Positions 12,601 through 24,759 of a stretch of 64,000 bases of DNA are shown here, in pieces; position 1 is the first letter of the stretch, and each line of letters starts with the position of its first letter. The stretch comes from Macrostomum lignano (Eukaryota). Made by a program: the position numbers and the translations under genes. The stretch lies in NCBI GenBank assembly GCA_002269645.1, contig NIVC01002528.1:62001-126000 (forward strand). Direction: 5' to 3'. The notes below the pieces were generated by a model, which was given only the letters and a program-made list of their open reading frames with translations, did no database searches and was not told where the DNA came from.

Positions 12601-15180
12601 CTTCGCCGACTCCGAATCGATTCGGTCTTCTAGGCGAGCCTGTCTCTGTCACTGTCTCGACTGTCTGGGCGACTCGGCTGCTAAAGCATTCTTAGCCGCT
12701 TTGAACGAATCGCCGGTTGAAAGCGCCGCGTTTAAAACTTTGATCTGGGCTCTGGCCAATCATTTGTCGGTGCTGAGGAAGCCGCTGCCCCGACTGGTTT
12801 GCGGCTCCATTGGACCGCTGTGTAGGGCCTTGCAATCTGTCAAGACTGACGACGACAAGGTGAGGGATTTGCTATGAATGAGATTTGTTACAGAATGGAA
12901 TCTGTTACCGAATCCCTAACTGGGGATTCCTAATCCCCCGAATCCCTAGACGGGTATTCCTAATCCCCCGAATCCCTAGACGGGGATTTCTAATCCCCCG
13001 AATCCCTAACTGAGGATTCCTAATCCCCCGAATCCCTAACTCAGGATTCCTAATCCCCCGAATCCCTAACTGAGGATTCCTAATCCCCGAATCCCTAACC
13101 CTAATCCCCCGAATCCCTAACTGAGGATTCCTAATCCCCGAATCCCTAGACGGGATTCCTAATCCCCCGAATCCCTAGACGGGGATTTCTAATCCCCAAA
13201 TCCCTAACTGAAGATTCCTAATCCCCGAATCCCTAACTGAGGATTCCTAATCCCCCGAATCCCTAACTGAGGATTTCTAATCCCCCGAATCCCTAACTGA
13301 GGATTCCTAATCCCCGAATCCCTAACTGAGGATTCCTAATTCCCCGAATACCCAAATGGGATTCCTAATCCCCCAAATCCTGAAGATTCTTTATCCCCCA
13401 GATCCCTGAATGGGGATTCCTAAATCCCTCAAATCCTTAAATGGGATTTCTAATCCCTCGAATCCCTAAAAAGGAATCGTAATCCCTGAATCCCTAAATC
13501 CCTAAATCTCTAACCCCTCTAATCCGTACATGGGATACATAATCCACAGAATCCCTACAAGGGGGTTCCGAAACTTAATCCCTAAAATCCCCAAATCGGA
13601 ATTCCTAATTCACAAAATTACCAAATGGGAAACACAATCTCCTCAAATCCATAAATACGAGTAGCTTTCTAATTTCCCTTCGATTCTCAAAAAAACACAA
13701 ATTTTTAACTGGGTCATTTCAAATTCCAGATAAAAAGCTGTCTCCAACACCTGCCAGCCGTACTAGTCCTAGCCAAGGATTCCGGCCTCCTAGCCGAGTC
13801 CTTGTCGGCCGCTCTGTCCGACACTACCAGATGGCAGGGCCGCAGGGCAGCACTCAACCTGCTACAAGGCCTGGCCTATCACAACGCGTTCCAATTGGAC
13901 CCTGGCAAGCTGCGAGCCCTGGTGCTGGACAGACTGTCCGATCCCACTGTCGAGGTCAGAGAGTGCGCCAGCCAGGCTCTGGGCGGGCTGATGGCCTGCG
14001 GACTGTGCGAATGGACAGATGAACTGTTGCATCAGATGGGCCGGATGACTCAGTCCAAGGACCCGGTTGTCAAGTGAGGCTTTTTTCTTTGGGTTGGTAC
14101 AGTAAAGCTGGTACAGTATCTTCTCATTTGAATCCATCATTCAGACTCTCATACCCTACAAAATCCCATGCCCCACAGAATCCCATATTCTACAGAATCC
14201 CATACCCCACAGACTCCCATACCCTACAGAATCACATACCCTACAGAATCCCATACCCTACAGAATCCCATACCCTACAGAATCACATACCCTACAGAAT
14301 CACATACCCTACAGAATCCCATACCCTACAGAATCACATATCATACAGAATCCCATACCCCACAGAATCACATATCATACAGAATCACATATCATACAGA
14401 ATCACATACCCTACAGAATCCCATACCCCACAGACTCCCATACCCTACAGAATCACATATCATACAGAATCACATACCCCACAGACTCCCATACCCTACA
14501 GAATCACATACCCTACAGAATCACTTACCCTACAGAATCCCATACCCTACAGAATCACATATCATACAGAATCCCATACCCCACAGAATCACATATCATA
14601 CAGAATCACATATCATACAGAATCACATACCCTACAGAATCCCATACCCCACAGACTCCCATACCCTACAGAATCACATATCATACAGAATCCCATACCC
14701 TACAGAATCACATACCCTACAGATTCCCATACCCCACAGACTCCCATACCCTACAGAATCACATATCATACAGAATCCCATACCCTACAGAATCACATAC
14801 CCTACAGAATCCCATACCCCACAGACTCCCATACCCTACAGAATCACATATCATACAGAATCCCATACCCTACAGAATTTAATCTTAAAAATCACCCATC
14901 CCGTCTATCTCCCCCATCCAGGCACGCAGGTGTTCTCGGCCTATGCGCCGCGGTCTCCGCGCACCCGTACACGGTGCCGGATCACCTGCCTGAGCTGGTG
15001 GCCCGCCTCTGCCAGCTGTCTCTGTCAGCCTCCGGTCAAGTCGGTACAGCCGCTAGAAAAGCTGTGAACGATTTCAAGCGTACACACCAGGACGGCTGGG
15101 AGCGGGACAGGGACAAGTTCACGCCAGACCAGCTTTCATTGCTGTCTGACGCTGTTGTTGGTCAGAGCTATTATGCTTGA
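619..15180 (+). CDS. PSME4: Proteasome activator complex subunit 4 (PA200/Blm10), 3' part, 11 exons: 619-1013, 1801-2187, 3596-4067, 4935-5258, 5762-6148, 6618-6770, 7951-8469, 11054-11377, 12290-12859, 13730-14073, 14922-15180. The 5' exons lie upstream of the window.
   Basis: All junctions are GT-AG with matching phases; the joined length is 4134 nt (1377 aa plus stop) with no internal stop. The last exon encodes HAGVLGLCAAVSAHPYTVPDHLP...DFKRTHQDGW...FTPDQLSLLSDAVVGQSYYA*, the characteristic PA200/Blm10 C-terminus with the YYA (HbYX) motif. The preceding exon has a HEAT-like 'D...EVRECASQALGGL'. Confidence 0.93.
1064..1510. repeat. Degenerate 15-18-bp minisatellite (TGACCTAAATGACC[TCC]) in PSME4 intron 1014-1800
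   Basis: Directly visible tandem array. Confidence 0.9.
2330..3450. repeat. 23-bp minisatellite (GAGAAGTAGAGATTGGAATGAGT) in PSME4 intron 2188-3595
   Basis: Directly visible tandem array. Confidence 0.95.
4093..4910. repeat. 23-bp minisatellite (GTAAACACACCTCATCAATCAGT) in PSME4 intron 4068-4934
   Basis: Directly visible tandem array. Confidence 0.95.
5390..5680. repeat. Degenerate 23-bp minisatellite (TTCCAAGAAACACCCCTAACTCA) in PSME4 intron 5259-5761
   Basis: Directly visible tandem array. Confidence 0.9.
6215..6480. repeat. Degenerate 25-bp minisatellite (GTTTCTATGGCCTGGTTGCTATGGT) in PSME4 intron 6149-6617
   Basis: Directly visible tandem array. Confidence 0.85.
6860..7800. repeat. 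33/35-bp minisatellite (ACCCCTAGTTACACCTGATTGTGGGTCACTCTATA) in PSME4 intron 6771-7950
   Basis: Directly visible tandem array with two length variants. Confidence 0.95.
8545..11010. repeat. 19-21-bp minisatellite (TTTTAGAATCGCCCCTGTCTA) in PSME4 intron 8470-11053
   Basis: Directly visible ~2.5-kb tandem array with an internal ~983-bp duplication. Confidence 0.95.
11450..12260. repeat. 31-bp minisatellite (CCCAACCCATATTCTCAAATCCCCTCATTAT) in PSME4 intron 11378-12289
   Basis: Directly visible tandem array. Confidence 0.93.
12910..13620. repeat. ~30-bp minisatellite (CCTAATCCCCCGAATCCCTAACTGAGGATT) in PSME4 intron 12860-13729
   Basis: Directly visible array that degenerates towards its 3' end. 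Confidence 0.9.
14145..14880. repeat. 17-bp minisatellite (CAGAATCCCATACCCTA and variants) in PSME4 intron 14074-14921
   Basis: Directly visible tandem array; it explains the repetitive ORFs 14074..15180 and 14168..15067. Confidence 0.93.
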
Positions 15181-15353
15181 TCACTACTGATAGTAGACTG
15201 GCTAAGTTTCTGTTATTCAATTCATATTAATTATGCATTATGCTGTAACCAATTCATTGATTTTCTGAGCGCGCACGCTTTAAGTGGAGGCTGACGTGTG
15301 ATATAATGATTATGTGTCTGAAGGAACTGAACATGCGTTGGTGTTCTGGGGCG

Positions 15354-15426
<73 letters not shown>

Positions 15427-15467
15427 GTCTGACTGTCTATCTGTGTCTGTCTGTCTGTCTGTCTGAC

Positions 15468-15514
<47 letters not shown>

Positions 15515-15563
15515 GTGTCTGTCTGTCTGTCTGTCTGTCTGACTGTCTGTCTGACTGTCTGAC

Positions 15564-15620
<57 letters not shown>

Positions 15621-15623
15621 GAC

Positions 15624-15686
<63 letters not shown>

Positions 15687-15767
15687 GTGTCTGTCTGTCT
15701 GTCTGTCTGTCTGACTGTCTGTCTGACTGTCTGACTGTCTGTCTGTCTGTCTGTCTGTCTGTCTGAC

Positions 15768-15816
<49 letters not shown>

Positions 15817-15819
15817 GAG

Positions 15820-15856
<37 letters not shown>

Positions 15857-15857
15857 G
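15354..15857. repeat. (GTCT)n/(GACA)n microsatellite
   Basis: Directly visible. Confidence 0.97.
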
Positions 15858-16744
15858 AAGTCTCCATCGCCTGCCCAATATGTGCACTCGCATACCTGTC
15901 AGCACAAACTTCGGCCATGAGCCACCGCATGAAGCAGCGCGGTGTCCCGCTTCACTACTGCTAGTAGTCCGGTCAGTACGCAGCCTTTACGCGCCTATTT
16001 TTTGTTTTATCCAGGCACTCTCCGTCTATCCAGTGTATTTTTCTGGTGCTCAACTGCTAGCAGCCAATTCTTAGTACATGTAGCCGTAATAGTAGTTGCA
16101 GTAGTAGTAGTAAGTATATATCATTTTGCTTAGTAAGGGTTAACCTTTTATATCCCGATGTTTAATCCACCTTTATACCTTAGCAACAAGTTTAAATATT
16201 TTTTAAGCAAATCTTTGGCCCCAAAACATTTCACAGATTTCTAATTTTAACTGCATTATATTCTACTTGGGTTTTATAGTGTGCTACTGATAGTACACAA
16301 GTAGTATGTGGCGGCTCCACGTGTTACTTCAAACTTTAAACCCAGTTGCCAACCCATATATTCTACTTTTGTAAGCCGGCATCTTACTTTTTAATGAATA
16401 AATCTTGTTTGCTTGTAAACTACTTGTTTCTACTTACAGTAGGCTACTAGGTAAGTTCTATTTTAAATTTCCCTTTCTCTGTGTCTTCAATTTAAACCTC
16501 GGTCGCAAATATTTTTCTTCGTTTATAAATTGAAGCTTTTTTATTATTATTCCGCAACAATTGATCTGTCTACTAATAGTATGCTGTTGGTAGAGCACAA
16601 TCATTATTTGCTTGAGTTTGCTGATTTTGTCAACAGAAATAAATAAACAATATTTTGCTTTTAGCCAGAGGAAAATATTGCGCAAGTTCTGTTTGAATTG
16701 TTTCAATGCGTTGCTTGGTGCAATTTTGAAATCTTTTGTCTTTT

Positions 16745-17690
16745 GATCCCATAATCCTAATCCCCAACCAGAATCCCATAATCCTAATCCCCAACCAGAA
16801 TCCCATAATCCTAATCCCCAACCAGAATCCCATAATCCTAATCCCCAACCAGAATCACATAATCCTAATCCTTATCCAGAATCCCATAATCCTAATCCCC
16901 ATTCAGAATCCCATAATCCTAATCCCCATCCAGAATCCCATAATCCTAATCCCCATCCAGAATCCCATAATCCTAATCCTAATCCCCATCCAGAATCCCA
17001 TAATCCTAATCCTTATCCAGAATCCCATAATCCTAATCCCCATCCAGAATCCCATAATCCTAATCCCCATCCAGAATCCCATAATCCTAATCCCCATCCA
17101 GAATCCCATAATCCTAATCCCCATCCAGAATCCCATAATCCTAATCCCCATCCAGAATCCCATAATCCTAATCCTTATCCAGAATCCCATAATCCTAATC
17201 CCCATCCAGAATCCCATAATCCTAATCCCCATCCAGAATCCCATAATCCTTATCCTTATCCAGAATCCCATAATCCTAATCCCCATCCAGAATCCCATAA
17301 TCCTAATCCCCATCCAGAATCCCATAATCCTAATCCCCATCCAGAATCCCATAATCCTAATCCCCAACCAGAATCCCATAATCCTAATCCCCATTCAGAA
17401 TCCCATAATCCTAATCCCCAACCAGAATCCCATAATCCTAATCCCCAACCAGAATCCCATAATCCTAATCCCCATTCAGAATCCCATAATCCTAATCCCC
17501 AACCAGAATCCCATAATCCTAATCCCCAACCAGAATCCCATAATCCTAATCCCCATTCAGAATCCCATAATCCTAATCCCCAACCAGAATCCCATAATCC
17601 TTATCCCCAACCAGAATCCCATAATCCTAATCCTTATCCAGAATCCCATAATCCTAATCCCCATTCAGAATCCCATGATCCCAATCCCAA
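16745..17690. repeat. 27-bp minisatellite (CAGAATCCCATAATCCTAATCCCCATC)
   Basis: Directly visible; it gives the 9-aa periodic ORF 16736..17866. Confidence 0.95.
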
Positions 17691-18544
17691 TTCCCATTCG
17701 GAATCACATAATGTTGATCCTAATCCCCTACCCAGGGGAGGGAATCCCCTCCCCTTCGCGGCGCCTGCGCCCCCCGTCAGTAGTAAGTACCCAGAGTTCC
17801 ATAATCATAATTCCTATCCCAAATCCCGCTATTACAAAATCCCTCTGTTTACAGAGTATTCACTAATTAGTTGCCAACCTGACGTACTTGGCCAGCTCAG
17901 CATCTGCGAGAGCCACTTTCCTTTCGACTTCTCTTGTCTCCAAGCCAATCAGTATAGCTTTATTCCGCTGATGGCATTGTATATATAATCAAGCTGGACA
18001 CGAAAAGTCGAGGGATATTAGCAGTGGGAATCTGCGCAGATCGGATGAATTATCCTTCGCAGTTTAGAAGTTTGAATGAGGGCTTTGCAGACACGATGGC
18101 GGGGGGGGGGTCTTTTTGGCATAAATATTTGGACTAATTTCTAGCGATGAGGATATGAGTTGCGGTGGCGGTGGCGGTGTAAACAGGCCGTGTGCCTCCC
18201 CCGCACTAAGCCTCGTGTGGGGTCTCGAGTGGTGATTTTTTTCCGGTGTAAACTGTGGAAATGGCTTCTCTTCTAGAAGAGAGTGTTGTTGGGTGGTTTC
18301 GGATCAACAAACTGTCAATTGCTGTTGCTGTTGCTGCTGCTGCTGCGACTTCAGTCGGTCGTGACAAGGAAACCTAGGACCGGAGTCTGGAGTTGCGACT
18401 CTTCCCAAAACTCCCAAACCAATTTTTCTACTATTGACTTGATTTCAGTTTGAATTGTTCGTATTTTTGTAAATAATATTTGGCTATACAGTTGAGATTG
18501 GAGAGAGTGGAGGGAGATTTGGAGAGACTGATAGAGATGGGAAA

Positions 18545-19530
18545 GACTAGAGATGGAGTGAGATAGGAGAGAATGAGTGAGACAGGTGAGAGACGGGGTG
18601 AGATAGGAGAGAATGAGTGAGACAGGTGAGAGACTGGGTGAGATAGGAGAGAGACGGGATGAGACAGGAGAGAGACTGAGTGAGATAGGAGAGAGACGGG
18701 GTGCGATAGGAGAGAGACGGGGTGAGATAGGAGAGAGACGGGATGAGACAGGAGAGAGACTGAGTGAGATAGGAGAGAGACGGGTGAGATAGGAGAGAAA
18801 CGGGGTGCGATAGGAGAGAGACGGGGTGAGATAGGAGAGAGACGGGATGAGACAGGAGAGAGACTGAGTGAGATAGGAGAGAGACGGGTGAGATAGGAGA
18901 GAAACGGGGTGCGATAGGAGAGAGACGGGGTGAGATAGGAGAGAGACGGGATGAGACAGGAGAGAGACTGAGTGAGATAGGAGAGAGACGGGTGAGATAG
19001 GAGAGAAACGGGGTGCGATAGGAGAGAGACGGGGTGAGATAGGAGAGAGACGGGATGAGACAGGAGAGAGACTGAGTGAGATAGGAGAGAGACGGGTGAG
19101 ATAGGAGAGAAAAGGGGTGCGATAGGAGAGAGACGGGGTGAGATAGGAGAGAGACGGGATGAGACAGGAGAGAGACTGAGTGAGATAGGAGAGAGACGGG
19201 TGAGATAGGAGAGAAAAGGGGTGCGATAGGAGAGAGACGGGGTGAGATAGGAGAGAGACGGGATGAGACAGGAGAGAGACTGAGTGAGATAGGAGAGAGA
19301 CGGGTGAGATAGGAGAGAAACGGGGTGCGATAGGAGAGAGACGAGGTGAGGCAGGAGAGAGACGGGGTGCGATAGGAGAGAGACGGGGTGAGATAGGAGA
19401 GAATGAGTGAGACAGGTGAGAGACGGGGTGAGATAGGAGAGAGACGGGGTGAGATAGGAGAGAGACGGGATGAGACAGGAAAGAGACTGAGTGAGACAGG
19501 AGAGAGACGAGGTGAGGCAGGAGAGAGATG
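18545..19530. repeat. Purine-rich ~21-bp minisatellite (GGGGTGAGATAGGAGAGAGAC) with a 104-bp higher-order unit
   Basis: The variant monomer GGGATGAGACAGG recurs at 18740, 18844, 18948, 19052, 19156 and 19260. Confidence 0.93.
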
Positions 19531-19989
19531 GGGTGCGATAAGAAAGAACAAGTCAATCAGTTGAAAAACGGCACCACACACTCAGACTACAGTTGTTTGA
19601 AGAACCCGGGGCTTCCTTGCACTCCAGGGTCCTCAGCCTTCTTGACTGCGTTTCTTATGACATTTTTTGTCAAAAATTTTTATCAACCTCTGACTACAGA
19701 GACCCGACTGCTGTCAAAGCCCCCTCTCCAGTCTTTGTAGGTCAGGTTTTGAGTGACCTGTTCAGTACTTCCTCATTGGGTGGTGATGAAGTTTTGCGTT
19801 TTTTTCGGTTGTAAACAAAAATTTCTCCATTCCTTGTGTCTCCACATCTCTGCGTGCTGTCGGTTCAGGAATTCCACTGTGCTGAAAAAAATATACTGAA
19901 ATATCCGGTGACAGGTAGAGGGCGCATACTGCCCAGGGGATTAGCGTGTGTTCTGCAAACTCGCTATCTATTTTTACTGTTTACGAGAG

Positions 19990-20720
19990 GGGAGAGACTG
20001 GATGAGATAGGAGAGAGACTGAGTGGGAAAGGAGAGAGACTGAGTGAGGTGGGAGAGAGACTGAGTGAGATTGGAGGGAGACTGAGTGAGATAGGAGAGA
20101 GACTGAGTGGGAAAGGAGAGAGACTGAGTGAGGTGGGAGAGAGACTGAGTGAGATAGGAGAGAGACTGAGTGAGATTGGAGAGAGACTGAGTGAGATAGG
20201 AGAGAGACTGAGTGGGAAAGGAGAGAGACTGAGTGAGGTGGGAGAGAGACTGAGTGAGATAGGAGAGAGACTGAGTGAGAAAGGAGAGAGACTGAGTGAG
20301 ATAGGAGAGAGACTGAGTGGGAAAGGAGAGAGACTGAGTGAGGTGGGAGAGAGACTGGATAAGATAGGAGAGAGACTGAGTGGGAAAGGAGAGAGACTGA
20401 GTGAGGTGGGAGAGAGACTGAGTGAGATAGGAGAGAGACTGAGTGAGATAGGAGAGAGAATGAGTGAGATAGGAGAGAGAATGAGTGAGAAAGAAGAAAG
20501 AATGAGTGAGATAGGAGAGAGAATGAGTGAGAAAGAAGAAAGAATGAGTGAGATAGGAGAGAGACTGAGTGAGAAAGAAGAGAGAATGAGTGAGAAAGAA
20601 GAGAGAATGAGTGAGATACGAGAGAGACTGAATGAGATAGGAGAGAGACTGGGTGAGATAGGAGAGAGTGAGATAGACTGGGAGATAGGAGAATGAGTGA
20701 GATAGGACAGAGACTGCATG
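19990..20720. repeat. 21-bp minisatellite (GAGTGAGATAGGAGAGAGACT), related to the 18545-19530 array
   Basis: Directly visible. Confidence 0.93.
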
Positions 20721-21449
20721 AGTGAGTTCATCCCGAAGTATTTTCCTGCAGGATTTAACTGAACTCTACCATTTCACCAGTTACGGCATTTCACATCATG
20801 ATGATGTTAATGTGCAGCAACGAATAAGCTACGAGCATAATTAGGAGCAGGACGAACTTTGACTAAATAGCCATATTCGGTGGCACATGCGTGTTTAAAC
20901 TTTATAGAGTCATCATCAATAGAAGTATACAGAGTACGAGACTCCGTCTGTTCAGGAAACATTATATTTTATGTTTTTTTCATTGATGCCTGTTCCAGTC
21001 TCGTGCAGAGGTCTGCTGCCATCAGTTGAGGGAGGAAGGAGAGTCCTTTATTGTAGCGAGTTTTTCATCGAGTCTAATGATGCTATTAGTTTCTGTGACT
21101 AAATTTATATTTATGCTCCTCTTTTGGGTCAGTTAGTCTCGGATGCAGCATGGGTCGTTGCTAAGAGGTGGGGGATCGCTTCGGATTGGTGGGGTAGCAA
21201 CAGCGCCGCAGGTCAGACGAGCTTCTTATTGAGGCAATAAAGTTAGATTTCAAAATATAGATGGGATGGAATGGATGGGAAGAGAGGGCGTTTCCACCCC
21301 CAAGCCCCGAGGAGTATAAAAAATCAGAATACGGTTCTAAAATGACTTTTACTTTGTTTGTTAGTTGATTTTATTGCTTCTGTCTGAGAATGTGGTTTGG
21401 GTTTTTTGTTGAGGAAATAAAACATACAGATGCTTACAGAGGGGGAGAG

Positions 21450-22460
21450 AGGGCAAAGTGAGATGGGAAGAGAGGGAATAGGGAGAGGGCCAGAGAGGGT
21501 ACAGGGAGAGGGAAAGAGATGGTATATAGAGGGGAGAGAGGGTATAGGGAGGGGACGAGAGGGTATAGGGAGGGGACGAGAGGGTATCCAGGGAACGAGA
21601 GGGTATAGGGAGGGGACGAGAGGGTATAGGGAGGGGACGAGAGGGTATAGGGAGGGGACGAGAGGGTATAGGGAGGGGACGAGAGGGTATCCAGGGGACA
21701 AGAGGGTATAGGGAGGGGACGAGAGGGTATCCAGGGGACAAGAGGATATAGGGAGGGGACGAGAGGGTATCCAGGGGACAAGAGGGTATAGGGAGGGGAC
21801 GAGAGGGTATCCAGGGGACGAGAGGGTATAGGGAGGGGACGAGAGGGTATCCAGGGGACGAGAGGGTATCCAGGGGACAAGAGGGTATAGGGAGAAGGGA
21901 AGATATGTTATATGTAGAAGAGAGAGGGTATAGGGAGGGGACGAGAGGGTATAGGAAGAGGGGAAGATAGATTATATGCAGGAGAAGAGAGAGGGTATAG
22001 GGAGGGGACGAGAGGGTATCCAGGGAACGAGAGGGTATAGGGAGGGGACGAGAGGGTATAGGGAGGGGACGAGAGGGTATCCAGGGGACAAGAGGGTATA
22101 GGGAGGGGACGAGAGGGTATCCAGGGGACAAGAGAGTATAGGGAGGGGACGAGAGGGTATCCAGGGGACAAGAGGGTATAGGGAGGGGACGAGAGGGTAT
22201 CCAGGGGACGAGAGGGTATAGGGAGGGGACGAGAGGGTATCCAGGGGACGAGAGGGTATCCAGGGGACAAGAGGGTATAGGGAGAAGGGAAGATATGTTA
22301 TATGTAGAAGAGAGAGGGTATAGGGAGGGGACGAGAGGGTATAGGAAGAGGGGAAGATAGATTATATGCAGGAGAAGAGAGAGGGTATAGGGAGGGGACG
22401 AGAGGGAATAGGGAGAGGTGAAGGTAGGTTATATGCAGGAGAAGAGAGAGGGTATAGAGA
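21450..22460. repeat. ~21-bp G-rich minisatellite (GAGAGGGTATAGGGAGGGGAC / GAGAGGGTATCCAGGGGACAA)
   Basis: Directly visible. Confidence 0.93.
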
Positions 22461-23199
22461 CAGAAAGAACGCATGTGAAATAGGCACACTTTTTTCCATG
22501 ATAATGCAAAAAAGATTTAATAGTATCCTAAAACTATTACATGAATAAATGCATACCTCATTGCAGCTTCAGAATGCAACAATAAATTTCGATGCGGCAT
22601 CCCTAAAAATTCCGTTGCAAGCATATTATGCATGCCAGCTTCACCATTGCAGCCTCTTATTGGCTCCCTGCTGTGTCTTGTCATCCACTGCATGGCAAGC
22701 TGTGCCGCTTCATCAATTGGATGGAGAAAATGTCACGGTACCGCCGGCTGCCGAACTCGCGCACAGGTGGCAAAGTCTGCTTCTCAGGGGCGGCAGCCTT
22801 TCTTTTGTCGAAAAAATACCGAAAATATGCCACAAGAAAACTCGTGTTTTTAAGTGCTTGGCGTTTTACCCGATATGGAGAATAAGTCGGGTCAGCTGGT
22901 CTTGGCAGTTGAAAAATGCAACAGTTGCCTCGCTTGCGGTGTCTTCTGTGCGCCACTCTCTCACTGTCTGTCTGTCTCAACCACCGCTGTTTCAAGCCTC
23001 CCTGTTAGGCCTCCGGTCGCCCTCTTCGGCGAACAAGAAGCAGTTGCCTCTGGACCTGCAGGTCAGGATGTTGTAGCGCAATGGTTTGTGCTGTGTCAAT
23101 TCAGCTCAGTGGCTCCAGATGTTCTTCAACGGAATTGCCATCCATTTTAGCTTATGTTCGGCAAGTCGAGATTAGACATAAGTGAGGAACGAAGAGGTT

Positions 23200-24085
23200 A
23201 ATGAAACCCACAAGTGAAGAATGAAGAACGAAAATCAATAGTAAACTTCACGAGTGAAGAATGGAGAATGAAAATCAATAATGAAATCAACAAATGAAGG
23301 ATGAAAATCAATAATGAAATCAACAAATGAAGGATGAAAATCAATTATGAAATTCACGAGTGAAGAATGAAAACAATAATTAAATCCACAAAGGAAGGAT
23401 GAAAATCAATACTGAAATCCGCAAATGAAGGATGACAAGTGAAGAATGAAGAATGAAAATCAATTATGAAATCCACAAGTGATGATTGAAGAATTAAAAT
23501 CGATTATGAAATCCACAAGCGAAGAATGGAGAATGAAAATCAATAATGAAATCAACAAATGAAGGATGAAAATCAATAATGAAATCCACAAATGAAGGAT
23601 AAAAATCAATAATGAAATCCACAAATGAAGAATGAAAATCAATAATGAAATCCACAAATGAAGAATGAAAATCAATCAATGAAATCCACAAATGAGGAAT
23701 GAAAATCAATAATGAAATCCACAAATGAAGAATGAAAATCAATAATGAAATCCACAAATGAAGAATGAAAATCAATAATGAAATCCACAAATGAAGAATG
23801 AAAATCAATCAATGAAATCCACAAATGAGGAATGAAAATCAATAATGAAATCCACAAATGAGGAATGAAAATCAATAATGAAATCCACAAATGAAGAATG
23901 AAAATCAATAATGAAATCCACAAATGAAGAATGAAAATCAATAATGAAATCCACAAATGAAGGATAAAAATCAATAATGAAATCCACAAATGAAGAATGA
24001 AAATCAATAATGAAATCCACAAATGAAGAATGAAAATCAATAATGAAATCCACAAATGAAGAATGAAAATCAATAATGAAATCGG
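23200..24085. repeat. 33-bp AT-rich minisatellite (AATAATGAAATCCACAAATGAAGAATGAAAATC)
   Basis: Directly visible; it gives the 11-aa periodic ORFs. Confidence 0.93.
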
Positions 24086-24759
24086 CCAGTGAAGAAAAAA
24101 GAAACCAAATAGAACCAAAAATAATGAAGTTAACGTTGAGGGAAAGTCCGGGTATTTGTTTAAGCGTTTAAGCGTCAATCTAGAATATGTTATACCCAAA
24201 CTAATTAAGTTGGCAACCATCGCAAAGTTGTGATTATATTCGCATTGTATATTTATTAATAAAATAGAAGGCTAGCTACAACACTTCAGAATCGAAAAAA
24301 ACCAGCATAGCGGCGGGACCGAAAGAAGAAAAACTGGGGTGGAACAGCAGCCAATAGCAAGCAGACCGCTGCAACCTCCCAACCCCAACCTCCCTTCGCC
24401 CCGAACGCGAGGCTGCGGGCTTTGGACATAAACATCCCCAGAAAAATCTCTCCCCAGAAAAATCTCTAAACTAAAACGGCATCCATCGAGCGGATTTAAG
24501 TTTCTCACTTACAATTGTTTATCTTGGTTTACCTGGCGCGTGCGTAAACTCTCCAAAAACTCTCTCTCTGGACTCTGGACTATCGCCTAAACACAGCGAC
24601 CACACTGTAGTGCATTGAATAGATAGACATTCTGCTTACATTTTAACATATATACACACACACACGCACACACAAACAAATTGAACTATAAGGCCGGAAT
24701 AAACTTTCACTCAGTGGTCTAGTGTATATATATACCCTTATAATCTGAATAGAATAATT

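Noticed and set aside
13090-13110. CCCTAACCCTAA as an interstitial telomere
   Set aside because: Only two perfect units inside a minisatellite variant; insufficient.
22549-23150. Cluster of overlapping ORFs of 73-175 aa
   Set aside because: No recognisable domain, no coherent exon boundaries, and ORFs on both strands.
14074-24220. Long periodic ORFs (14074, 14168, 15231, 16736, 18351, 18547, 19836, 19964, 21361, 23672 and others)
   Set aside because: Stop-free translations of mini- and microsatellites. Only the end of ORF 14074 (from 14922) is a real PSME4 exon.
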